Part shown: piece after piece, positions 21,637 to 31,798 of the stretch
Position numbering within the stretch: the stretch's first letter is position 1
Layout of the letters: the number at the start of each line of letters is the position of its first letter
Assembly: GCA_963803145.1 (NCBI GenBank)
Contig: CAWDLW010000024.1
Coordinates: 1 to 64,000, forward strand
Origin: Methanotrichaceae archaeon
GTDB lineage: Archaea; Halobacteriota; Methanosarcinia; Methanotrichales; Methanotrichaceae
DNA: 64,000 bases
Reading direction: 5' to 3'
Notes under the pieces: model-generated
The model's input: only the letters and a program-made list of their open reading frames with translations
Database searches by the model: none
Told to the model about the DNA's origin: nothing
Position numbers and translations under genes: made by a program

Positions 21637-22236
21637 TTATATTATCAGCACCATGGCATACAAATCTGCTATATCGGAGTATGATTTCAGCACCCGGATA
21701 CTGTAACCTGCGTTCTTGGCCGTCTGGAATATATCGATTCCAAAGGCATCCATAGGCGGTCGCATGATATCCTTGTGTCTACAATCAAGAGTGCTAAAGT
21801 CATCTATCTTTGAGATATTTGGTCTCTCTTTAATCACGCAGGTATCACAAAGGGTGCATGGAGTTGCGCCCATGGCAAAAGCCTTGTAGTATCCCAGGAG
21901 AAATGCAGCTCTCTCCATCTCGATTATCGCCGTATGAAGCTTCGTCCTGCACTCCTTTAGATGCTGGCGGCGCTGCTCTGGGGTAAACTCAGGATCTGGC
22001 GAAGTCTGGGAATGAACCAGAACTGCCGTCTTGTACTCTGCCAGGAGCCTGCGAGTTTCTTCTGGAGTAGGGCTGAATGGCGGGCAGCTTAATCTCTGTC
22101 CAAATGATGGGCATCCATACCTGCACTTGAACCTCACCCATTCAGAGACAACTACAATATCTGTAGAGATCAGCTTGAGATCTTTATGGATATTTTGGAG
22201 AGTGGTGATGAGATTTCTGGTACTCTCATCAGACAT
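21637..22236 (-). CDS. DUF2284-type Cys-rich metal-binding protein. May start at 22289 if a 1-nt indel near 22274 is corrected.
   Basis: KCRYGCPSFG..SCPP, PCTLCDTC, CRHKDIMRPPMDAFGIDI. Confidence 0.75.
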   Translation of the reverse strand: MSDESTRNLITTLQNIHKDLKLISTDIVVVSEWVRFKCRYGCPSFGQRLSCPPFSPTPEETRRLLAEYKTAVLVHSQTSPDPEFTPEQRRQHLKECRTKLHTAIIEMERAAFLLGYYKAFAMGATPCTLCDTCVIKERPNISKIDDFSTLDCRHKDIMRPPMDAFGIDIFQTAKNAGYSIRVLKSYSDIADLYAMVLII

Positions 22237-22444
22237 CTCCTCTTCGGGGGTTTCATTGTTGTCCTCCTGGCGTTTATGCTATCTGACATTTCTCGCTACC
22301 TCTCTGGAAATTCTTTACTTTTCCGAATCGTCCAGCAATAACACTGTCTAATGAAGCCGGAGCCCATAGCATCAAACCAGCCGAAACCATCGACCAGTGT
22401 ATCATATATTTGAGACGGCAGATATTTGACTATATTACCAATGG

Positions 22445-23029
22445 TTAAGCGCCACTCCTTCTCGCAATCTCCATCGGAAGATCAACCACAAAGCAGGCCG
22501 CATCAACCACATTCCCATCGCTTGTTGCAACAATATCCTTCGCAACCTTAAGATGATGATCTACATTCATTTCTGTCCTTGCTGTTCCTCGAATCCCTCG
22601 AAGTGACATCATCTCCCGGATATGAGCCGACAGGCTGCCGCTCATGGATATCTGCTGGTCAAGCAAAAAATCGACTCTGGCAGGTTCTACAAGAGCCAGG
22701 AGATCGATGATCTCAGATAGTGCCTGATCGGTGATCTCGGACATCCTGTAACTTCTGAAGATACCCCTAATATCTCTAAGCAACCCATCATCGCATAAAT
22801 AAACAGGGCAGCCCTCAAGAATGCTTTCAACTGTTATCAGGACGTTGTATCCGTCAATTAGTATTTCTTTTCCGTTCAGCGCCTCCAGAGAAACAAGCTT
22901 TGCCATGCGGGCGGATGCCTGAACCGTTGCTACTACAACTCTCACTAGCACAAACCTCTGCCATTCAGGCAGACGATAATGATCGGCGACAAAACGTATC
23001 GCAGACTCCTTTGGGTAGCCGCGACCCAA
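22445..23029 (-). CDS. DUF434 family (PIN-like) protein
   Basis: RGYP....FV..HY.L, IDGYNVLITVE, DGLLRD and ATSDG motifs. Confidence 0.75.
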   Translation of the reverse strand: MGRGYPKESAIRFVADHYRLPEWQRFVLVRVVVATVQASARMAKLVSLEALNGKEILIDGYNVLITVESILEGCPVYLCDDGLLRDIRGIFRSYRMSEITDQALSEIIDLLALVEPARVDFLLDQQISMSGSLSAHIREMMSLRGIRGTARTEMNVDHHLKVAKDIVATSDGNVVDAACFVVDLPMEIARRSGA

Positions 23030-23058
23030 GAGGTGGCGTACATCCTCAGCAGCAAGCC

Positions 23059-23592
23059 TCAGCCTTTCAGGCGATTCTGGACCGACGCTCTCACATCCTT
23101 ATATATATCATGTCCATAGGAATCGATGGCTACGATCATCGGCCCAAGGTTTTCGGCCTCGAACTCCCACAGGGCTTCAGCCATGCCCAGCTCCTGCAAG
23201 TGTACTCTCTTGACCTTCAGCTGTCTGGCAGCTGCAGCGCCACAGCCTCCGGGATATGCCAGATAAACTGCCCTGCCTCGGAATGGTTCGCCAGGCAGGC
23301 CGCCTTTGCCTATTATCGCCTTAACTCCAAGGTTCAGGATTTCCTCCGTATAGCGCGCCATTCTGCCGCTTGTTGTCGGGCCTGCAGATAGAACTTGATC
23401 ATTCTTTATTAAGGGGCCGCAATGATACAGAACAGCGCCTTCAAGAGAGATGGGGCTGCCTTTTGATCGAAGCAGAGCATGCGCTTTATCACGCGCAGTA
23501 TAAACAGTGCCGCTGAGATAGACCACATCTCCAGAGCGAAGTGATTTTATATCCTCGATTGAGAAGGGCGTCTTCAGCCTGTGTTCTGTCAT
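23059..23592 (-). CDS. Fe-S hydro-lyase (fumarate/tartrate) beta subunit
   Basis: TARDKAH, YHCGP, AGPTTSGRM, IGKGG and ELGMAEA motifs. Confidence 0.9.
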   Translation of the reverse strand: MTEHRLKTPFSIEDIKSLRSGDVVYLSGTVYTARDKAHALLRSKGSPISLEGAVLYHCGPLIKNDQVLSAGPTTSGRMARYTEEILNLGVKAIIGKGGLPGEPFRGRAVYLAYPGGCGAAAARQLKVKRVHLQELGMAEALWEFEAENLGPMIVAIDSYGHDIYKDVRASVQNRLKG

Positions 23593-24401
23593 CGGATCAA
23601 CTCTGATGCGCTTCTATTGGCCCAGCACTGGAAGTTTATGGCTACGGGCAGCGAGGCAGTATGGCACGATGCCATTTCAATCTTTACGCCCAAAGCCGTT
23701 GTATCCCCGCCCAAGCCCATTGGACCGATCCCCAAAGCATTGATCTTTTTAAGAAGCTCAATCTCCCGCTCTGATGATCCCGGCATATTGAAGAGAGCTC
23801 GCTTTGCCAGACGTGCAGCCAGATCGAACGTCCCTCCTATTCCGATGCCCAGAAAAAGCGGCGGGCAGGCGTTGGCAGCGCGCTCTGCCACTGCTTTTAG
23901 AATGAATTCAAACGAATCATCAGCCGGATTCAGCATTCCAACAAGGCTCATATTCTCCGAGCCAGCACCTTTTGGAAAGGCCGTGATCTTCAAGCAGTTT
24001 CCATCAACTGATTCCATAATTATGTCAGGCATTATAATGCCCGTATTATCTCCCGTATTCTTTCGGGTCAGAGGATCAACTACATTGGGCCTTAGCGGAA
24101 TTTCTTTTGTAGCAATCCTTACGCCCTCTGCAATAGCATTCTGTAAATCAAAGTCTAACCTGAGATCTCGTCCGACATCCAGATGGAATATCGGCAAACC
24201 GGTATCCTGGCAGAGAGGAAGCTTTGTCTCCTCAGCTATGTGGACGTTCTCAAGCATAAACTGAAGGTGGGATCTTGCCACAGGGTTAGTCTCATTTTCC
24301 ATAGCATGCTCGATCAGTTCTAAGACCCAATTTGGAAGCGATGTCTCAGCCTTCTGGAGCGTACGGATGGTTGCCTCTACAACCTCCGATTTTGACATCA
24401 T
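23589..24401 (-). CDS. Fe-S hydro-lyase (fumarate/tartrate) alpha subunit
   Basis: PLCQDTG, PKGAGSEN, ACPP, GIGPMGLGG and QCWANR motifs. Confidence 0.9.
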   Translation of the reverse strand: MMSKSEVVEATIRTLQKAETSLPNWVLELIEHAMENETNPVARSHLQFMLENVHIAEETKLPLCQDTGLPIFHLDVGRDLRLDFDLQNAIAEGVRIATKEIPLRPNVVDPLTRKNTGDNTGIIMPDIIMESVDGNCLKITAFPKGAGSENMSLVGMLNPADDSFEFILKAVAERAANACPPLFLGIGIGGTFDLAARLAKRALFNMPGSSEREIELLKKINALGIGPMGLGGDTTALGVKIEMASCHTASLPVAINFQCWANRSASELIR

Positions 24402-25132
24402 CCTTTCTGCCCCTTTTTGCCAGGCTCGATCTTTATGGGCTTAGATTGATCAGGCAGCTCCAGCTTTGTGACCTTGCCAAGAGCCCTCTCCATTGCATCT
24501 TTATGGAGATCCCCTGATGTATGGATGCCTCCTGGAGTGCCTCTCACTGCGCGGCATGGATACTGCTGACAAAACAGTCCAGCCATGGATGGAGCCTCAT
24601 CAACAGTTTTTCCAATCAGGCCCTGTGCAGCATGCCAGGTTGAGCCGCAGGGTGAGCCGCGGATGACATTGATTGAAGCTATCCTGCCGTCCTTTACCTT
24701 CACATCAAGCTCGGGCTTGCCGAGCTTTTCGGCAAATTCATCCACAGCAGGAACGCCGCATTTCTCAAGGGTACAGCAGATCTCATCGACCTCGATATGG
24801 ATATTATACTTCTCGGCGATTTTCTCAAGCTCGCCGATGGATCCAGCACGGGCGATGCCCCCAGGAATTATTGCTGCCTTAACACCGTGCTCTCCTGCAA
24901 TCTTCACAATCTCCGGGGTTAGATCGGGATGGAATGTGTAAAGGATAAGGAGATCCGCATCGAATACCTTCGGATCGAGGTTTAAGCCCTTCACAAACTC
25001 TTCAGGGTCCTCGATGAAGCCGGGCAGATATTGAGGAACCTCGGCTGAGACTACCTGAAAATCGGTCTTCTCTTTTATTACCTGAATCAGGCGCTCGCCA
25101 TACTTCCCTCGTTTTATTACTCCAACAAGCAT
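24398..25132 (-). CDS. DUF166 family protein
   Basis: HPDLT, ICCTL, RGSPCGSTW and YPCRA motifs. Confidence 0.65.
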   Translation of the reverse strand: MLVGVIKRGKYGERLIQVIKEKTDFQVVSAEVPQYLPGFIEDPEEFVKGLNLDPKVFDADLLILYTFHPDLTPEIVKIAGEHGVKAAIIPGGIARAGSIGELEKIAEKYNIHIEVDEICCTLEKCGVPAVDEFAEKLGKPELDVKVKDGRIASINVIRGSPCGSTWHAAQGLIGKTVDEAPSMAGLFCQQYPCRAVRGTPGGIHTSGDLHKDAMERALGKVTKLELPDQSKPIKIEPGKKGQKG

Positions 25133-25239
25133 ATAAGAAGATCCGTGGGGTAACTTAATAGCCTTTTGCTGCTGTATTGCGTATTGAGAATTGCTTTAAA
25201 GATCATCATATATTAAAATAATATACTAAAATAAACGGA

Positions 25240-25896
25240 TTACTTGAACACATCCCCTGCCTCTTTGTACCAGAGCAAGAGGTCAAGGTGCGACATGGGT
25301 ATTCCTACCTGCTTCGAAAATTCAATCATTTTCTTCTCGATATCCAGATAGGTTTTTTTCGAGAGGGATGTAGGGATCTCATCGATCACTCCCATTAGCT
25401 TGAGGTTTTTGAGGATATGCCTGTCAAGTATCGCCAGATCTTCTCCAAGCCCAATATTCCTTAGAAAATGGCTGGCCTCTTTATATCCTAGACCCATCAC
25501 GTTTTGAACCAGCCACTCACGTGCAGCAAATGGGCTGCTGAAGCCCCTGATGATTGCTCTTAGCGATTGATCTGAGAACATTTTGCGAGCAAGGCAGATG
25601 TATTCCGCCTTTCTTTCGTTGAACCTGACGCCGATAAGCTCCTTCTGGATTAGTTCTGACTGGCATCCGTCTATTAGGGATGTCCTGACAAGGCGCTCAA
25701 CTGCAGCCCAGCATGTTTTAGCCCTTGACTGGGGAGTTAGAAGGCAGAAGACAAGCTCTCTGAAAAGGTCTTCATCGTTTGCAGTTTCCCAAATCTGCTT
25801 GAACTCCTTCAAACGTGATTCTATTCGGCCTTTTACGGGCGCGTAGAGTTCCATCAGCTCCTGTATACCTTTGTATTCCTTTTTTCCAAAGTCCAT
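25240..25896 (-). CDS. ogg: 8-oxoguanine DNA glycosylase/AP lyase (Ogg2-type)
   Basis: ELVFCLLTPQS, HhH GLGYKEASHFLRNIG, AILDRHI, LDLLLWY. The N-terminus given in the ORF track is IS-derived. Confidence 0.9.
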   Translation of the reverse strand: MDFGKKEYKGIQELMELYAPVKGRIESRLKEFKQIWETANDEDLFRELVFCLLTPQSRAKTCWAAVERLVRTSLIDGCQSELIQKELIGVRFNERKAEYICLARKMFSDQSLRAIIRGFSSPFAAREWLVQNVMGLGYKEASHFLRNIGLGEDLAILDRHILKNLKLMGVIDEIPTSLSKKTYLDIEKKMIEFSKQVGIPMSHLDLLLWYKEAGDVFK

Positions 25897-25922
25897 CTCT
25901 GCTTCCTTGTCTATCTTATGTA

Positions 25923-27320
25923 CTGTACTCTCCAAGTTTCTCACCAATTTATAATCTCCATTCTATATCAAGTCATATCTTATATCCCTGTTCTTTGATT
26001 AGATAGAGTAAACCACTATCAGGAACTGGCAAATTAAAGTATTGTAATACATATATAAAGGCATCAATGAATGCTTGAGCCTTTATACTATCTATCATAT
26101 CTCCAATCGTTCTATTTTGTTGATTTCTTTCCACTGGTGGGTTTTTGAGTTCATATAAAACGATAGCTGTCCAGACTGAGAAAACCATCTGAATAAATCT
26201 TTCAATTGATCGTTTTCCTCTTAATTGATAATCCTTGAATCCCAATTTTTGATTTGACTCTCTATGAGCAGTCTCAATATCCCACCTATCCTCATAAATA
26301 GAAAGGATTTCTACCAAAGATAGTGAACAATTGGTGCTAATAAAGTAGTTGGCGTCACCATTTTTCTTTTTCTTTGAGATGACTAGCTTTACTTTGCCAA
26401 TCTTATCTAAGATGACTTCTTTTTCGATTGCATAATATACCTTCTTCTTGCCGCGAACTTGGACTGTAGTTCTTCTATAATAAATTTCGTCAATCTGATT
26501 TGCCAAGTCCCTGACCTGAAAGGACATATCCTTATTTATCCATACCTTTTTATTAGACTTAATTTCACAAACGACTTGATGACCTAAGTTCAGGCATTTA
26601 GTTATAAAATCAGCAGAAAACCACCAGCTGTCGAAAACAACATAAAGACTCAAGCCTTTTGGTATTTTTAAGGGCTCGATGATATCTTTATAAGCGATTT
26701 CTATTTTAGTCATGAAATCTTCACTGCTGTCTATCTCTTTAGTATACATTTTTGCTTTATGTGGTATAAATATACCTCTAGATTGGAGGACTGAGGTAAC
26801 AAAGTTGTTACCCATAATATAGTCATCTTTGCAATGATCGTAAAACTTGCCCACGCCATCAGTACATTTCCCTTCCTTTTCATTATATGTATCGTCTATA
26901 ATTAATAATATTTTGTCGCTTGCACTTAACTGAAGAGCTTCTATAAATAGATCCGCACTGCGCTGAGCTACTTCGTTCTCATCCCAGATTGCATCACTAA
27001 AGAACCAATTATAGGAAGAGCGTGATTTCGTACATTCTCGATCCTTTGCCATAGCATCACTAAGGTGTGCGATGGTCTTAGATTTATCACATACGCTCAG
27101 TGCTGAAATCATATCACAGAAAGAATTATAGCTCGGTATGGTGAATAAATCTTTAAATTCTTTTAGAAATGGCTCTAACTGTAATGGAATCTTAACTAAT
27201 TTGATCATGACATAGTAAAATACTTTTATAAATAAATCTATTTTGTATCAAGAATTAATTTTAATGGTAAAAGAAAATATAGCTATAAATATAAAGCTAT
27301 GAAAAAGTTGGAGAGTACAG
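25923..27320 (-). mobile_element. 1398-bp IS701-like insertion sequence, copy 2
   Basis: Same IRs as copy 1. 7-bp TSD TTATGTA at 25916-25922 and 27321-27327. The transposase differs from copy 1 by one residue (KSDK vs KSNK). Confidence 0.93.
25973..27208 (-). CDS. IS701-like DDE transposase
   Basis: Near-identical to 18106..19341. Confidence 0.9.
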   Translation of the reverse strand: MIKLVKIPLQLEPFLKEFKDLFTIPSYNSFCDMISALSVCDKSKTIAHLSDAMAKDRECTKSRSSYNWFFSDAIWDENEVAQRSADLFIEALQLSASDKILLIIDDTYNEKEGKCTDGVGKFYDHCKDDYIMGNNFVTSVLQSRGIFIPHKAKMYTKEIDSSEDFMTKIEIAYKDIIEPLKIPKGLSLYVVFDSWWFSADFITKCLNLGHQVVCEIKSNKKVWINKDMSFQVRDLANQIDEIYYRRTTVQVRGKKKVYYAIEKEVILDKIGKVKLVISKKKKNGDANYFISTNCSLSLVEILSIYEDRWDIETAHRESNQKLGFKDYQLRGKRSIERFIQMVFSVWTAIVLYELKNPPVERNQQNRTIGDMIDSIKAQAFIDAFIYVLQYFNLPVPDSGLLYLIKEQGYKI

Positions 27321-27387
27321 TTATGTATATATTGGTTCGCGTGAGGCTGTTCAAACGCTTCTTGAATAAAATTCATTCCCTTGTGTT

Positions 27388-27436
27388 TTTGTGCCTTTGT
27401 GGTTTAGTGCTATTAACTTAACCACAAAGGCACAAA
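27388..27436. repeat. REP-like palindrome (perfect 17-bp stem, 15-nt loop)
   Basis: TTTGTGCCTTTGTGGTT / AACCACAAAGGCACAAA. Degenerate copy at ~61502-61557. Confidence 0.75.
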
Positions 27437-27533
27437 GCTGTTGTTCTGAGATAAAGCTATTATTAGTTCTAGGTAGCCTCAATACAGTAGTAACAAAAAT
27501 ATTGAATAAAGGCAGTAGGAAGGGGAGATCTCT

Positions 27534-28283
27534 TCACGTCCCCAAGCTGAGCTTTACCTTGCCTATGCCCGACTCTACATTGATACTCAGGTTAGTCTTT
27601 GATTTTCCATAGGCATCATTGGTGTAGGCTTTGCCAGTGCTCTTAAGGCCGCTGCCTGCTTCAACTGACCCGATTCCCTGGCTGACATAAACTATCGCTC
27701 CAGTATTCTTCGGAATCACGAGCACAAGGTTGCCTACGCCGGCCTTGATGCTGGCATTGAGGCTATTCCTCCAATTGCCGCTTAGATCGATGGTGATGTT
27801 GCCCGCACCGGACTGGATGCTTAACCCCGTCAGGGACATGTTGCTCAGAATAATGTTGCTCTCACCTGCGCCAAGAGTTGTTTGGAGGTTGATGGGAACA
27901 TCATTATTTAGTCGCAATTTCCAGATGTAGGTGACGTTGCTGCCAAGAGATTTCACCGAGCTGGTGGGCTGCTGAACACTCAGGTTTCCAACATTGCCTG
28001 TCACAGTATAGCTGAGATCGGGCTTCCATGATGGCAGATTATAACTAAAATTGGCATCCAGTAGATCCTTCGCGCCTCCGAGAAGTGTGAGACTGCCTGC
28101 CCCCATTGTTACCTGAGCATTGACCGATTTTGCACCGCCCAAAGCAACTGATCTCGATTCATTCTGTATCGGGCCGGGCTTTTCGCTAGGGCCAACGCAG
28201 CCGAGAGCTGCAAGTACAATTGCGGCTAATAATAGCATGCATACTAAACTTGAGGGTTCGATTCTTGAGGGTTCTATTTTCAA
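27534..28283 (-). CDS. Lipoprotein with 'toast-rack'/DUF2154-like beta repeats
   Basis: Lipobox-like ALGC; repeated GAG/GVG/GIG-x-L strands. Confidence 0.7.
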   Translation of the reverse strand: MKIEPSRIEPSSLVCMLLLAAIVLAALGCVGPSEKPGPIQNESRSVALGGAKSVNAQVTMGAGSLTLLGGAKDLLDANFSYNLPSWKPDLSYTVTGNVGNLSVQQPTSSVKSLGSNVTYIWKLRLNNDVPINLQTTLGAGESNIILSNMSLTGLSIQSGAGNITIDLSGNWRNSLNASIKAGVGNLVLVIPKNTGAIVYVSQGIGSVEAGSGLKSTGKAYTNDAYGKSKTNLSINVESGIGKVKLSLGT

Positions 28284-28396
28284 GGTTTATCTCTCCCTAT
28301 TATCATCATATTATCAATCAATGTTAAGGATCTTATGATATAAAATTATTAGGATGTGTTCGGCTACGTATTAGACTACGTATCAGAATTAGAGTA

Positions 28397-29242
28397 TCAA
28401 ATCGGCAAGCCCAGCCAGGCGAAGACTCCAATCATCCGCAGACCGATGAAAAACATCAAAGCTATGAAGATATATCTGAGCTGTCGCCCCGGGATAAGAT
28501 GAGCGAATCGAACACCAAGCTGCGCCGCAGGCACGCTTGTGCCTGCGAGTAAGATAAACTGAAGAAGATCGATGTAGCCTACCGAATACGCAGGTCTCCC
28601 TGAAACTCCCATCCCATTTATTGCATAAGAAGAGATTCCTCCAATGGAGTTCAAAGCAATCGCTACAGATGATGTCCCGACCGCCTGAAGCATGCTGAAT
28701 CCCATGCCCACGACCAACACAGGAACCATTAATACGCCGCCGCCAATGCCGCTCAATCCCGATACGATTCCGACTGGGAAGCCCCATAAAATGTAATGCA
28801 GAGGATCAGTTTTGGGCTTTGTACCGGGCTTTATTTTCCCGGCCAAAAGCAGACGAAGACCCCCTGCAAGAACCACCACACCAAATATCGTTTTGAGTAT
28901 ATCTGCTGGGGTATGAGCTGCGATTGTTCCTCCTATGAATGCTCCGGCGAGCCCTGACAGCCCCATGATTATCCCTGGCTTCCATAGAACTACTCCCCGG
29001 CAGCTATGCCCATAGCAGCCGCTGAGGGATGTTGGCAGAACCACTGCTAAACCTGTTCCAAACGCTACGCGAGTGGCGATCGTAGCATCGATGCCCATAG
29101 AGGTCAGAGCCCAGAGCTGAATAGGCACCATTATAAAGGCGCCGCCAACTCCCAAAAGGCCGCAGGCTGAGCCTACAAGTATGCCTGTTGCCATCAATAC
29201 GAGCACATATATGAGCAGAGGTTCTGGTATCAGTATCACCAT
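28397..29242 (-). CDS. TauE/SafE sulfite-exporter family membrane protein
   Basis: GLLGVGGAFIMVP and GLSGIGGGVLMVP duplicated motifs; AVGTS. Confidence 0.88.
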   Translation of the reverse strand: MVILIPEPLLIYVLVLMATGILVGSACGLLGVGGAFIMVPIQLWALTSMGIDATIATRVAFGTGLAVVLPTSLSGCYGHSCRGVVLWKPGIIMGLSGLAGAFIGGTIAAHTPADILKTIFGVVVLAGGLRLLLAGKIKPGTKPKTDPLHYILWGFPVGIVSGLSGIGGGVLMVPVLVVGMGFSMLQAVGTSSVAIALNSIGGISSYAINGMGVSGRPAYSVGYIDLLQFILLAGTSVPAAQLGVRFAHLIPGRQLRYIFIALMFFIGLRMIGVFAWLGLPI

Positions 29243-29294
29243 ATCCTGTGATAGTAATGAACAGCATTTTGCCTTTTATTTTGACCCAGTTTGT

Positions 29295-30482
29295 TCAGGC
29301 GATCTTCAGCCCCTTGTGTTTCGCAAGTACCTCATCAGCCAGCTTATCCAAGGCCTTGAAGTCATCCTCCTTCGGGTAGCCTTTGATCACTACAGGCTCT
29401 ATCAGTTCTACTTTCAGATTCGGTATTGCAGCCGTGATTTGATCTACAGTTCTGCCTCCCCAGCCGTATGAGCCGATTATCGATGCAAATCTGGTCTTGG
29501 GTCTCAGAGCGTTGGCAAGGATTGCTGCATACAATGCCATCGGATGTGCTCCCGCAAGAATTGTTGGTGATCCGATGATAATCGTGGCTGCATCTACAAG
29601 CGCCTCTGCCAGCTCTCCAATATCCGTTCTTGTCAGGTCAAACTGCTTGACCATGATCCCTCTGGATATGAGCGCATCTACAAGGTGGTCTACCATTGCC
29701 TTTGTGGCACCATGCATGGAGACATAGGGAAGTACAACCTCATTCTTGACAGTATCTGAAACCCAATCGCGGTAGGCATTCAGTATGAACTCGGGCCTGT
29801 TATATAGAGGACCGTGGCTTGGAGCGATCACATTAATCTTCAGATCCTTTATCCTAGCCAAATGCTTCTGGATATTTGACCTGAAAGGCATCATAATTTC
29901 TGCAAAATACCTTTTAGCAGACTCATATACAGTTGCCTCATCCGTTGCATACAGATTGCTTGTGGCCAGATGCGATCCAAGGAAGTCACAGGTGAAGAGG
30001 ATTTTATCTTCAGGCAGGTAAGTGAACATCGTGTCAGGCCAGTGGACCCAGGGGGCGTGAATGAACTCCAGCGTCTTTCCGCCAAGTGGGATATGCTCGC
30101 CGTCTTTAACCTCCTGCACTCGCTCTTTTGGAACAAGGCTGAAAGCTATCAGGAGATCTATGCATTTGCCTGATGCCACAACCTTGGCATCCGGGTAAAG
30201 CTCGATTAGCCTCTTGATGGTGCCTGAATGATCCTGCTCGGCATGCTGTGAAACGATATAATCCAGCTTCTTTACTCCGAGCGTACTGAGATTTTCTATG
30301 AGAACATCCAGCATCGTCGTATCGACGGCATCTATCAGAGCGACTTTATCGCTGCCTTGAATCAAATATGAGTTGTAGCTGGTTCCGTCAGGCAGAGGTA
30401 TCAATGCATCGAAGAGCCTTCGGTCCCAGTCTATTGCACCAACCGATCTCACCCCGGGCCTTATATCCCTGATCAGGCTCAT
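29295..30482 (-). CDS. fprA: Flavodiiron protein (type A flavoprotein)
   Basis: GTSYNSY, HAEQDH, HWPD, PSHG; flavodoxin motifs SMHGAT and GSYGWGG. Confidence 0.92.
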   Translation of the reverse strand: MSLIRDIRPGVRSVGAIDWDRRLFDALIPLPDGTSYNSYLIQGSDKVALIDAVDTTMLDVLIENLSTLGVKKLDYIVSQHAEQDHSGTIKRLIELYPDAKVVASGKCIDLLIAFSLVPKERVQEVKDGEHIPLGGKTLEFIHAPWVHWPDTMFTYLPEDKILFTCDFLGSHLATSNLYATDEATVYESAKRYFAEIMMPFRSNIQKHLARIKDLKINVIAPSHGPLYNRPEFILNAYRDWVSDTVKNEVVLPYVSMHGATKAMVDHLVDALISRGIMVKQFDLTRTDIGELAEALVDAATIIIGSPTILAGAHPMALYAAILANALRPKTRFASIIGSYGWGGRTVDQITAAIPNLKVELIEPVVIKGYPKEDDFKALDKLADEVLAKHKGLKIA

Positions 30483-30647
30483 TTATTTCACCGCTTCAAA
30501 CGCATCCTTTGCCGCTCCACACTGAGGGCAAACCCAGTCATCAGGAAGGTTTTCGAAGGCTGTGCCGGGAGCAACTCCCGAGTCTGGATCTCCTTTCTCT
30601 GGATCATAAATATATCCACAAATTGTACATTGATATTTTTGGGCGAT
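30483..30647 (-). CDS. Rubredoxin (absent from the ORF track; no in-frame ATG)
   Basis: Hand translation: (I)[49 protein letters not shown]. The stop codon abuts the fprA ATG. Confidence 0.9.
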   Translation of the reverse strand: MAQKYQCTICGYIYDPEKGDPDSGVAPGTAFENLPDDWVCPQCGAAKDAFEAVK

Positions 30648-31022
30648 TTTCGCACATCCATTTGATTTATCTCGAAATATCTGCTTTAAAATTATTGAGG
30701 CCGATTGTACTTAAACATTCTTTTAAAATTCAAAACGGATTAATCAGGGAGCTCGCCTCAAAACTTCCAATTTGATAAAGGAGTGGATCTGATTGGGCGG
30801 CGAAATTATCGGGCCGAATGAGGCGGCATTGATAAGATTCCTAAATAGTAGAGGCAAGTACTTCAGTATATCTGATCCCGATGGCCTCAGAAAGCTCTCT
30901 AGAAGCTTTGCCTTTTCCGAGGGGATTGTGCGCAATACATTAGGCGCTATGGGATTCATTCCACTGAGCATAGCCATGTTATATTACTAAAGAAGGATAA
31001 TACTCTAGATGGACCTGATTAA

Positions 31023-31718
31023 ATGGCCAAGAGAAAGGTAATCAAGATAGATGAATCCAAATGCACTGGCTGTGGTGAGTGCACTGCAGCCTGTGCCGAG
31101 GGTGCGATTGAGCTGAGGGATGGCAAGGCCAGAGTTGTAAGTGATCGATTCTGCGATGGTCTGGGCGCTTGCCTGGCAATATGTCCTGCAGGCGCCTTGA
31201 CTATCGTTGAGCGTGAGACTGAAGAGTTCGATGAGCAGGCAGCCAAAGAGCACCAGATGGAGACGGTTATACCTCTAACCCCTTGTACAGCTCCCGTCAG
31301 CATGACGCCGGATAAGCAGCCAAAAGCAGAAGCGGGAGTGCCAGTTCAGCCTTCCCAACTCACCAACTGGCCGATACAGATGAGATTAGCCCGTCCAGGT
31401 GCACCTTACTTTAAGGGTGCAAGTCTGCTTATAGCCGCAGATTGCACGGCCTTTGCCTATCCCAATATCCAGGATCTCCTAAGTGGCCGCGTAACTCTAG
31501 TGGGATGCCCAAAGCTCGATGACCAAAAGCAATTTGTGGATAAGCTGGCGAGCATCCTGAAGGAGAATGATATCAAGGACATAACAGTTCTGCATATGAC
31601 AGTTCCCTGCTGCACCCAGATCACACGCCTCATCTCCCAGGCTGTGAAACAGGCTGGAAAGGAAATACCTGTTAGCGATTACATCGTGGGGATCCGGGGT
31701 CGGATTGAAAAAGGATGA
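31023..31718 (+). CDS. 4Fe-4S dicluster ferredoxin-domain protein
   Basis: CTGCGECTAAC, CDGLGACLAICP, WPIQ, AADC, GCPKLD and VPCC motifs. Confidence 0.85.
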   Translation: MAKRKVIKIDESKCTGCGECTAACAEGAIELRDGKARVVSDRFCDGLGACLAICPAGALTIVERETEEFDEQAAKEHQMETVIPLTPCTAPVSMTPDKQPKAEAGVPVQPSQLTNWPIQMRLARPGAPYFKGASLLIAADCTAFAYPNIQDLLSGRVTLVGCPKLDDQKQFVDKLASILKENDIKDITVLHMTVPCCTQITRLISQAVKQAGKEIPVSDYIVGIRGRIEKG

Positions 31719-31798
31719 TTCCTCTTAAATCAAGAGTTAAGATCGCAAGATCAAGTGAGATTAGAAAAGTTTATTCCTTCCGGCGATAAGCTACGGCT

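Noticed and set aside
25897-25947. N-terminal extension of Ogg in the ORF track
   Set aside because: The extension begins inside the IS end. Likewise, the C-terminus of ORF 16712..18139 is IS read-through.
28364-28387. Short tandem repeats (also 8254-8279 and 32835-32870)
   Set aside because: Only two or three imperfect 7-13-bp units with no spacers. Not CRISPR, and function cannot be supported.
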